The notes below the pieces were generated by a model, which saw nothing but the letters and a program-made list of their open reading frames with translations, made no database searches and had not been told where the DNA came from. Of a stretch of 32,000 nt of DNA, positions 18,299 to 25,046 are shown piece after piece (position 1 is the stretch's first letter; the number at the start of each line of letters is the position of its first letter). The position numbers and the translations under genes are program-made. Source of the stretch: Desulfotalea psychrophila LSv54 (GTDB lineage: Bacteria > Desulfobacterota > Desulfobulbia > Desulfobulbales > Desulfocapsaceae); NCBI RefSeq assembly GCF_000025945.1, contig NC_006138.1:1560001-1592000 (forward strand), read 5' to 3'.

Positions 18299-18330
18299 CA
18301 TAATAATTTCTGACGGACAAAATTATTATG
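18299..18330. promoter_or_regulatory. Perfect 11-bp inverted repeat CATAATAATTT-N10-AAATTATTATG upstream of the NCS2 permease
   Basis: Read directly, about 260 nt upstream of the permease start. It could be an operator or an RNA hairpin. Confidence 0.3.
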
Positions 18331-18420
18331 TATTGGAGGTGTTAGGTACTTGTAGGGATATTGAGTAAAATGTCTTCTTGTGTTGTTTTGCTGCTGCTCC
18401 GTAAAAGGAACCCTGGAGTG

Positions 18421-18469
18421 AAATAAGGGCTTAACAGTTGGGTAAAACTGTTAAGCCCTTATTTGTTTT
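18421..18469 (-). terminator. Strong hairpin terminator downstream of rhlE (potentially bidirectional)
   Basis: AAATAAGGGCTTAACAG-ttgggtaaa-CTGTTAAGCCCTTATTT, a 17-bp perfect stem with T-rich flanks. Confidence 0.65.
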
Positions 18470-18577
18470 GCAGAGTACTCACGTGATTGGACCTACCCCA
18501 AAGAAGGGGAGACACTCTCTTTCTGATAAATCCCCACCTGATAACTATTAAACGCCGTTAAAGCAGTGGTCTCTGGC

Positions 18578-19852
18578 TTAAAGATATTCTTTCCAGTGCT
18601 TGCGTTTTGTTTTTGCGGGTTTTCCTGCCTGCCCCTTAGATTTACCTTTACGCCGAGGTGGATCAGGTTCAAAATTACCATACTCCTCATCTTCATCTGA
18701 TAACACTACTGCTGGCTTCTTGCTCGGCGCAAAACCTTGGACGATATCACGTTCAAATTTACGGCCAATCAGCTTCTCAATAGAGGCGAGTTGCTGAGCT
18801 TCATCTTCACTGAAAAATGAAACCGCTAAGCCAGAGGTACCAGCACGGCCGGTACGACCAATGCGATGCACATAGTCTTCTGCTACATAGGGGAGATCAA
18901 AGTTAATCACGCACGGTAGTTGATGAACATCAATGCCCCGAGAGGCAATATCTGTTGCGACCAATACCACAACACTCCCGTTTTTAAAACCATCTAAGGC
19001 ACGTGTCCGTGCATATTGGGTTCTGTTGGCATGAATTGATTCGGCATTAATGCCAGCTTCTTTGAGCTGAGTAACTAAGGTGTCGGCTCCACGCTTGGTA
19101 CGACTAAAGACCAAAAGTTGCTGCCAATTGTACTTTTTAATTAGGTGAATCAATAATGCACTCTTTCGTTCCTGATCTACAGGATGCATTTTCTGCTTAA
19201 TGGAATCGACAATATTTTTATCGGTATCCACTTCAATCAAAACAGGATCATGTAGCATGCCCCCTGCAAGTGACTTGATCTCTTCTGAAAATGTAGCTGA
19301 GAACATCAAAGTTTGACGCTTGGCTGGAAGTAATGTTTGGATGTGACGGATATCGTCGATAAAGCCTAAATCCAACATACGATCTGCTTCATCGAGTACC
19401 AATATTTTAAGTGCGTCAAAGCTCACTGCCTGTTGATTATAAAGATCAAGCAAACGGCCAGGTGTTGCAACAAGCACATCTAGACCAGCCTGTAGTTTGG
19501 CTATCTGTGGCTCAATTCTTACTCCACCAAATGCTGCGCCAGTGCGAATATTCATCATGCTGCCATAGGTTTGAACACTTTCGGCAACTTGAGCTGCAAG
19601 CTCACGGGTTGGTGTAATAACAAGCGCACGTACTGTGCATGGCTGTGGACTATCGCCACCAGACAATAACTGTACCATAGGTAAGGTAAAGCCAGCCGTT
19701 TTTCCCGTGCCAGTGTGTGCCACCGCCATAACATCACGCTGATTCAGCACCACTGGAATAGCTTCCGTTTGTATCTGTGATGGAGTGGTGTATCCTTGCT
19801 CTGCGACGGTTTGCAAAAGTTCATCACACAAGCCTAAAATGGCAAATGACAT
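18578..19852 (-). CDS. rhlE: DEAD-box ATP-dependent RNA helicase
   Basis: Q-motif GYTTPSQIQ, AHTGTGKT, PTRELA, VLDEADRMLDLGF, SAT, HRIGRTGRAG, and a basic C-terminal tail. Confidence 0.9.
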   Translation of the reverse strand: MSFAILGLCDELLQTVAEQGYTTPSQIQTEAIPVVLNQRDVMAVAHTGTGKTAGFTLPMVQLLSGGDSPQPCTVRALVITPTRELAAQVAESVQTYGSMMNIRTGAAFGGVRIEPQIAKLQAGLDVLVATPGRLLDLYNQQAVSFDALKILVLDEADRMLDLGFIDDIRHIQTLLPAKRQTLMFSATFSEEIKSLAGGMLHDPVLIEVDTDKNIVDSIKQKMHPVDQERKSALLIHLIKKYNWQQLLVFSRTKRGADTLVTQLKEAGINAESIHANRTQYARTRALDGFKNGSVVVLVATDIASRGIDVHQLPCVINFDLPYVAEDYVHRIGRTGRAGTSGLAVSFFSEDEAQQLASIEKLIGRKFERDIVQGFAPSKKPAVVLSDEDEEYGNFEPDPPRRKGKSKGQAGKPAKTKRKHWKEYL

Positions 19853-19971
19853 GGGTATTCCTTGGATTGATTACTGTTTTCAGAGAGTACCATCCCACCC
19901 GGGAGCATGGGAATGAGTTGGGCATTAGGGGCGGGTGATACTCTGCATAGGTTCATGTTAGCACAAATCTC

Positions 19972-20052
19972 TTGGCAACCAGCGAAGCGCATCCCAAACA
20001 GCGCCTTGGTATGTGCGCTAATATTTATTATGAGTATCTGCTTGGTTGGCAA
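19972..20052. other. Weak attC-like element bounded by TTGGCAAC / GTTGGCAA
   Basis: cTTGGCAACCagcgaag...ctgcttgGTTGGCAACC. The flanks are partly self-complementary, and the element lies directly after the stop of the 140-aa ORF. Orientation is ambiguous because the core is near-palindromic. Confidence 0.25.
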
Positions 20053-20064
20053 CCTAAGGCTGGC

Positions 20065-20487
20065 CTATTCTGCTAAGAGCTTTTTAAGCAGCTCATCTAT
20101 TTCCCTTTGAAGTTCTTTATCTACAATTTTATTCGCACTAATTTTGGCTTCTTGGAGATTCTTGAGAGCTTCGTCAGTTCGACCTAATTCTACCTGTAAT
20201 GTAGCCATAGAGTATGCAATTGAAGACATATGGTCTTTTGAATTTATAGCGATTGCCTTCTCCAGGGCCTTTTCGTAGCCAGTTACGGCAACTTCCAAAT
20301 TTTCTGTAAAATCCGCAAGTGTTTCCCACTGTTCAGGGTGATCTTTGGCGGTATTTTCGTTATCGATGCAAATAGCCTTGAGTTCTGCATAGAGCCTATC
20401 AAATTCCTTTTCACTCTTTTGCTTAGACGCATGCATGAGCTTTTCAGACAGGGTATAGACGGCCTTATATATCTTGCTATTAATCAT
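20065..20487 (-). CDS. Hypothetical 140-aa all-helical (TPR-like) protein
   Basis: ORF only, in an AT-rich segment. The helical-repeat flavour (…AYSMATLQVELGRTDEALKNLQEAK…) is suggestive, with no firm family. Confidence 0.5.
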   Translation of the reverse strand: MINSKIYKAVYTLSEKLMHASKQKSEKEFDRLYAELKAICIDNENTAKDHPEQWETLADFTENLEVAVTGYEKALEKAIAINSKDHMSSIAYSMATLQVELGRTDEALKNLQEAKISANKIVDKELQREIDELLKKLLAE

Positions 20488-20622
20488 TACTCATTACCTT
20501 TTCTCTACAAAATGATTTTTTAGTGAGATGAAACAAAGTACATTATGCTGGAGGTGGACAGCAAGCGCAAGATATTAAAATTTGAAAAGTGGGTGAGCGG
20601 GAGCCGGTTTTCGATCCTACAC

Positions 20623-20905
20623 GGCCTTGTTGCATAAATCATGAGGGCAGAAAATCATCTTCCCTCCACTCCATTACATCTTAGCAAACAGTCTCTCGAA
20701 CAGGCATTCCAAAAGCGGTAATCTTGTTTAAAGCTTCAATCGCTTTTTTGTCCACCCAAAACGTTAACATCATTACTTCAGTGCCCTTATACTCCGACCA
20801 ATTTTTGATCTTTCCCCTGCTCTCTCCCCTGTATCCTCCAATGCTCTATGTTATAAGAAAACATCATCGAACAATGCTCGCAACTTCTATTTGTGCAACA
20901 AGGCC
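20623..20905 (+). mobile_element. MITE, long variant (283 bp) with 17-nt terminal inverted repeats
   Basis: The left end is ggccttgttgcataaat. The right end reverse-complemented is ggccttgttgcacaaat (16 of 17). It has no ORF of its own, and its right part overlaps the 3' end of ORF 20864-21322. Confidence 0.75.
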
Positions 20906-21322
20906 CCATGGGGTTAATAATTTTATTGTATTTATTGTGTATTTAGCACTTTTATTAAGTGCATTTATATCTCGTGTAACACAATTAATTAAACCCCACC
21001 CATCTTGGTGTTTCCAATAATTTGCTCCCGCATTTATTACTTTAATATACGAAAGCTCATCTGTTATTTTTTTGCCTAGCTTTAAAGCATCATCTTTTCT
21101 AACATCTAATTGAGGGTATGTGCTTGAAATATATCGTTGAATTAGTGAAAACCCTACACCGATAAAATATTCACCTTTGTCGCATAATCTATCTGAATCA
21201 GGATCAGCAGAAAGGCTTATTTCATTGTTAATAGCTTTAACTTTAAAATCAAGGTGTTCTAGCATTTCTGTAAGAAAATAGAAATCACTGTCAGCAAACT
21301 CTTTTCCAATTTTGAGATACAT
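20864..21322 (-). CDS. Hypothetical 152-aa protein; the last ~13 codons are supplied by the inserted MITE
   Basis: ATG at 21322 lies 31 nt after the attC-like core and is preceded by ACGGAG. The reading frame crosses into the MITE after ...LLTPWG. Contains ...INAGANYWKHQDGW... Confidence 0.55.
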   Translation of the reverse strand: MYLKIGKEFADSDFYFLTEMLEHLDFKVKAINNEISLSADPDSDRLCDKGEYFIGVGFSLIQRYISSTYPQLDVRKDDALKLGKKITDELSYIKVINAGANYWKHQDGWGLINCVTRDINALNKSAKYTINTIKLLTPWGLVAQIEVASIVR

Positions 21323-21353
21323 ATAACAGCTCCGTACACTGAACTATAGATAA

Positions 21354-21461
21354 GCCTAACGCTTCGTTAACTGGCGCATAGGTTGCTATTGTTTTTACTC
21401 TTTTTCTTTTGCAAAAACGATGACAGCCGTTTACGTGTCCGCGTTTAACGACTTGTTGTAT
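21354..21461 (-). other. attC-like site (minus-strand top strand)
   Basis: The minus strand reads (tg)ATACAAC-AAGTC-GTTAAAC...GTTAAC-GAAGC-GTTAGGC. That is an inverse core (6 of 7 to RYYYAAC) overlapping the stop codon, 5-nt spacers, L boxes pairing with one extra A, and a perfect GTTRRRY core. Confidence 0.55.
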
Positions 21462-22099
21462 CAATGGCTAATGATTTCAATTAGTATTTCTCCGTACTTA
21501 TTTTTTGTGTATATAACCCCACCTGAATCTTCTTCTCCAGCTACCCCACCATCAATGCCGCCGAAGCTTAAAAAACCTACTTTATAAAGCTCTCCAGCAG
21601 TAAGTTGGTCATTTGGACAACCATTTGAAAAATCAACGATGTACTTTAAATCACCATAAAATGAGCGCTCAATCATCAGGCATATACGAATAGTTTCATC
21701 ATAATTACATTGATTCATGAAAAGACGTTCAAATACTTTTGCGTACAATTCGAATTTCCTTGAATCATCAGCTTTTTCAATAAGAGATAATACAGTTTCT
21801 CCAAATCTTTCTCGTTGTTCAGCCTCAAGCATTTCCTCAGCAATAAACCGAAGCCGCGCCTCCTCATTAGTTTTATTTAGCTCAGATAGGAAACGGATAA
21901 GTTTTTTTACATACTGCCTTTCTTTTACCGCAATACCAGTCTTGAAAATAGCTATGGCAGAACCTACTATTGGAATGTCCTTTAAAAAACCATTTTCCAA
22001 TACGGAATCTACCGCTATCTCAGCTAGGTTAGTTCCAGTACCTTCAAGCTTTTGTCCCATAGTTTGGACTATCGATTCTTCTAATTTCAATTCACTCAT
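21461..22099 (-). CDS. Hypothetical 212-aa protein
   Basis: ATG at 22099 lies 32 nt after the preceding attC-like core. No family recognised (…FLKDIPIVGSAIAIFKTGIAVKERQYVKKLIRFLSEL…). Confidence 0.6.
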   Translation of the reverse strand: MSELKLEESIVQTMGQKLEGTGTNLAEIAVDSVLENGFLKDIPIVGSAIAIFKTGIAVKERQYVKKLIRFLSELNKTNEEARLRFIAEEMLEAEQRERFGETVLSLIEKADDSRKFELYAKVFERLFMNQCNYDETIRICLMIERSFYGDLKYIVDFSNGCPNDQLTAGELYKVGFLSFGGIDGGVAGEEDSGGVIYTKNKYGEILIEIISH

Positions 22100-22131
22100 A
22101 GTAACTCTAGATTTAAGTTATTCACTTATGG

Positions 22132-22198
22132 ATATAACGCTAAGTTGAGCGGCGCCGATTACGGCGTTCGAGTGCAGGGCGCGAACGCACTGTTAGCC
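22132..22198 (-). other. attC-like site (best example)
   Basis: The minus strand reads GGCTAAC-AGTGC-GTTCGCGCC...GGCGCCGCTCAAC-TTAGC-GTTATAT. From memory, this is the same box and spacer architecture as classical attC sites such as attC-aadA7 (GTCTAAC-AATTC-GTTCAAGC...GCTTAAC-TCAAGC-GTTAGAT). Confidence 0.6.
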
Positions 22199-22375
22199 TG
22201 CACTTAAAACTGGGCTTATTTCGCTCTCCCTAGTGGTTATTGACAGGCCAGCATCATCTTTCAGTTTGATAGGTTTAGTCGAATAGCACATTTACCATAT
22301 GCCTAACATTGATTGATATCGAAAAAAGACTTTTTATAACATATTGTTGGCCTAAAGATGCTGTTTTTTAGTTGA

Positions 22376-22445
22376 CCCAAACAGTAGGTTCGCGCCCTGG
22401 TTCGAGTGCTGCTTTCAGTCGAGCAGCTCGAACGACTGGTTAGAT
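22376..22445 (-). other. attC-like site with a degenerate 3' core
   Basis: The minus strand reads ATCTAAC-CAGTC-GTTCGAGCTGCT...AGCAGCACTCGAAC-CAGGGC..., then GTTTGGG. The inverse core is perfect and starts 4 nt after the stop at 22450. The R-prime side is irregular. Confidence 0.4.
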
Positions 22446-22449
22446 GTTT

Positions 22450-22958
22450 TTATAATTTATCTGGTTTTTTAATCATTTCTTTTTCATACTGTTGAATTAG
22501 ATTTTTATTTATACATTCTTGTACATTACGAGTAAGAGAATATAAGTTTTTTTCTGATCTAATAGGCAAATCTAAAGCAAATTTAGTTAAATGTACTGAC
22601 AGCGTTTTGTGATTTTTAGATTTTAATTGTAACGTTAGGTTAGATTTTTTTTTTCTAAATGACAAATTATTTCATACTGATGTTGTCTTTTTTGAAACTC
22701 TGGCTCTTCATTGGAGGAATTTTGCAAAACACTGTTAGATGCATGATAGTTTAATAAGACTTGATTGATTTGTATGAGCAATGCTTCATCTTGCTTTTTT
22801 TTATTAATTGACTCTTGATTTCTTTGGGCAAAAAACTTTCTCCCACAGCCAATAATGCACCCAGAATTATATATAGTAGTTCCATTTTTTACACCTAACA
22901 AGTTATTCTTCACTTTCCTGATATCATCCCAAATCACAATTTGATAATGCTTTTTCAT
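22450..22958 (-). pseudogene. Hypothetical gene split into 115-aa and 71-aa ORFs at an A10 tract
   Basis: The A-run (plus-strand T-run 22645-22654) sits exactly at the junction: ...ICHLEKKNLT-stop versus (TTG)SFRKKKSNLTLQLK... One extra A would give a single product of about 175-180 aa. I place the start at ATG 22958 (MKKHYQIV...). Confidence 0.45.
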
Positions 22959-23034
22959 CCATGATCCTGCCAGCCTTACCAATCAACTTACAGCACTCCA
23001 ACCTAAGCGCCCACGGCTACCCTCCTTACAAAGG

Positions 23035-23100
23035 GGTGTGCTAACAGTCTCCAACCACTGTCCTACACTATTACTTTTTTATGAGCAATAGTTAAGCACC
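23035..23100 (-). other. Weak attC-like element upstream of the first cassette-like ORF
   Basis: On the minus strand, GGTGCTTAAC...GTTAGCACACC are complementary ends, and GCTTAAC fits RYYYAAC. The inner arms are asymmetric. Confidence 0.25.
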
Positions 23101-23127
23101 TTTAGGTGTACGTGCGGGGTCCGCTAC

Positions 23128-23292
23128 GATTGGTTGGCGAAGATTATGCAGCAACATCGGGATAAAAATGAAAAAGAGAGGCACGGGTGTGGAATGGATG
23201 GGGCCATTGCCTATGCTGGCAGAAGAAACAGATTGTTACAAGGGTTGGGCTGCGATAAGGCCCGCAGCACCGGGCAATTGGGGCGCAGCGGA
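23128..23292 (+). repeat. Dispersed repeat family R2, copy 2
   Basis: See 14002-14160. Both copies have the same orientation and begin with gattggttggc. Confidence 0.4.
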
Positions 23293-23382
23293 AAGCTATC
23301 CACCCACTATATGCCATAAATCGGTTTTCTTCTTCAGCTTGAGTGCTGTTGTTATGCGCTTTTTAGAAGTCCAGTAAGGTTG

Positions 23383-24111
23383 TCATAGTTTCCACGGCCT
23401 AAACTTTTGATCAGCCCCAAATAGGAGTAAGCCGGACGTAAGATCATTACCAGACGGGATTTGGAGTCGTTTACTCAACGACCGAAGAACCTTATCGACA
23501 CGTTTAGGTGGTTCCAAAAGGAATGTTTTACCTTCTGGTGTGGTACATAAAGATGGACTCGTAAGACTATGGTACGCCCTGCATAAGACAGGTCGTTGCT
23601 CATATATCCTGCAGGTTCGATTGAAAAGTAGCGGACATGGCTTACCTTCTTGCGATAGCTTATAGTGAGCTTCATATATCACTGGATGGTCGCTTGGAAT
23701 AGTAGTTATTCCAGGTTCTAGAAGAGCCTGAACTGCTTTCTGAAATTCGGAAGCATACTCAACAAGAAGTTTGTGGATATCTTTGTAGTCCTCAAATTGT
23801 CGTATCCTACGATAGAGAGATATGATCTCAAATGAGTAAAGCCCTCGGACTGGCTGTTTACAGCATCGATCACAAGTTAAATGGCAGGCGATTTCAAGGT
23901 TTGCTTCGACGGTATTGTGGTAAATATAATTATCATAAATACTGTAAAACTCTTGAAGCAATTCGAAGAACTCGTCAGGCAACCAACCAGTTACTGCAAA
24001 ATTATCGATCTCATGAACAGTATTAAGTTTGTTTGCCGCGACCACCATGCAATCAGTAAGCTGACGAGATTCATCATCATTAAGGGTTGGTAATTTTATT
24101 GGTTCATGCAT
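23383..24111 (-). CDS. YkgJ-family Cys-cluster (CxxCxxCC-type) zinc/iron-chelating domain protein
   Basis: CHLTCDRCCKQPV, and a distal CPLLFNRTCRIYEQRPVLCRAY. ATG at 24111; the track start at 24123 is a TTG. Confidence 0.7.
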   Translation of the reverse strand: MHEPIKLPTLNDDESRQLTDCMVVAANKLNTVHEIDNFAVTGWLPDEFFELLQEFYSIYDNYIYHNTVEANLEIACHLTCDRCCKQPVRGLYSFEIISLYRRIRQFEDYKDIHKLLVEYASEFQKAVQALLEPGITTIPSDHPVIYEAHYKLSQEGKPCPLLFNRTCRIYEQRPVLCRAYHSLTSPSLCTTPEGKTFLLEPPKRVDKVLRSLSKRLQIPSGNDLTSGLLLFGADQKFRPWKL

Positions 24112-24286
24112 GTGTACCCCCAAAACTCCATTCGCATAAAAAAATATCGTCCAGAAACGGGATATCTTTCAGCCGAAGTCAACCTGACAAGGCGATTTCT
24201 ATCCTGATAATATGCTGTTAACCTGACGCCATTCAATAAAGAGCAATAACCGGACAATCTCCCGCATGAGCCAGATTTTTTTCTGG

Positions 24287-24427
24287 CCTTGCCTGACCCA
24301 ACCGCCGACAAATACAGACCTGCATCCACTATGGATGATATCAAAAAAGCAACATCAACTCAAAGAGGTCTGGCTTCTGCAAGCATACAGCCACACCCGC
24401 AGACAGGGCTATCGGCCAACATCTTAT
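24287..24427 (+). repeat. ~150-nt repeat, copy B (inverted partner of 8153-8302)
   Basis: See copy A. Weaker similarity continues about 100 nt further on the outer side of both copies. Confidence 0.7.
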
Positions 24428-24740
24428 CCTCTCATAGGGAATATTCAGAAGCGCACCTCTAATCAGGTAACAGGAAGACGATGCAGGTTGTCTTATACGG
24501 CAGGGATAGGGAGAAGGCGGCCAGCATGCTGATTAAAATAGTATCAGGGGCAAGCAGGGGACTGTGCTACAGGTAGGTATGTTCATATAGCACAGAATTC
24601 TACATATGGAGGGCACAGGGTGCCAAAAGAAAGTAGGGCGCTCACAGGACCTCTTAGCGGGTATTACGAGGCAAAAGGATGCCCCAACCATGAACATTCT
24701 GTTGAGGTGTTGCTGGTCGGAGTGCCACCAAGGGAAAGTA

Positions 24741-24762
24741 TTTGTACCCCATTTTGTACCCC
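24741..24762 (+). repeat. Direct repeat TTTGTACCCC x2 (possible recombinase arm-type site)
   Basis: tttgtaccccattttgtacccc read directly. It lies between two tRNA-Pro 3'-end relics (24714 and 24947). Confidence 0.4.
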
Positions 24763-24847
24763 GTCGATATTAGCTCTTATTCCGTCTTATAATAATCCAA
24801 AACCTATATTGATACGCAAGAGGGATAAAAGATTTTTCAAGGGAGGA

Positions 24848-24984
24848 ATGGGGTGGGAGTGGGCTGTTTTTTGTGCATTTCCTGCACCCTCTGCACTTAA
24901 AACAAAAAAGGACCTACAGCAAAAACTGTAAGTGCTTGAAATCGTTTGTCGGAATGAGAGGATTTGAACTTTCGATCTGTTGTC
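24848..24984 (-). repeat. Diverged duplicate of the tRNA-Pro 3' half plus ~100 nt of its downstream flank
   Basis: atggggtgggagtgggctgttttttgtgca...ctctgcacttaaaacaaaaaagg...tgtcggaatgagaggatttgaactttcgatctgttgtc parallels 26448-26600 (gggtggggaggtgagaacgagtgttttttgtgcg...tggtcggaatgagaggattcgaacctccggccccttgtc). Confidence 0.6.
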
Positions 24985-25046
24985 TAGATCCCTGATAAGG
25001 GTGTGGCTTTTTGGGGGAATGGAAAAAATCCGTGAAGCAGATCTTT

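Noticed and set aside
18041-18420. Possible purine, guanine or xanthine riboswitch upstream of the NCS2 permease
   Set aside because: I read the minus-strand leader and did not find the conserved purine-riboswitch junction and loop sequences (UAUAAU...GAUAUGG...UUUCUACC...GACUAU). I cannot evaluate the xanthine (NMT1-motif) class from memory, so an Infernal scan is needed.
20780-20800. tggtcggagt inside the MITE (and ctggccggagtg in the 15.7-kb copy) resembling the tRNA-Pro 3'-end relics, hinting at a tRNA-derived MITE
   Set aside because: Only about 10 nt match and the surrounding sequence is unrelated. This could be chance, so I noted it but did not claim it.
23134-23377. Two overlapping 61-69-aa plus-strand ORFs, and the analogous ORF at 14008-14190
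   Set aside because: They lie inside the R2 repeat copies. The two copies differ by indels that break any common reading frame, and there is no RBS.
24560-24800. Integrase N-terminal remnant on the minus strand (MGYKYFPLVALRPATPQQNVHGWGILLPRNTR)
   Set aside because: The resemblance to arm-binding integrase N-termini is vague, it is followed by stops in all frames, and no catalytic domain is present. It is mentioned only as context in a finding.
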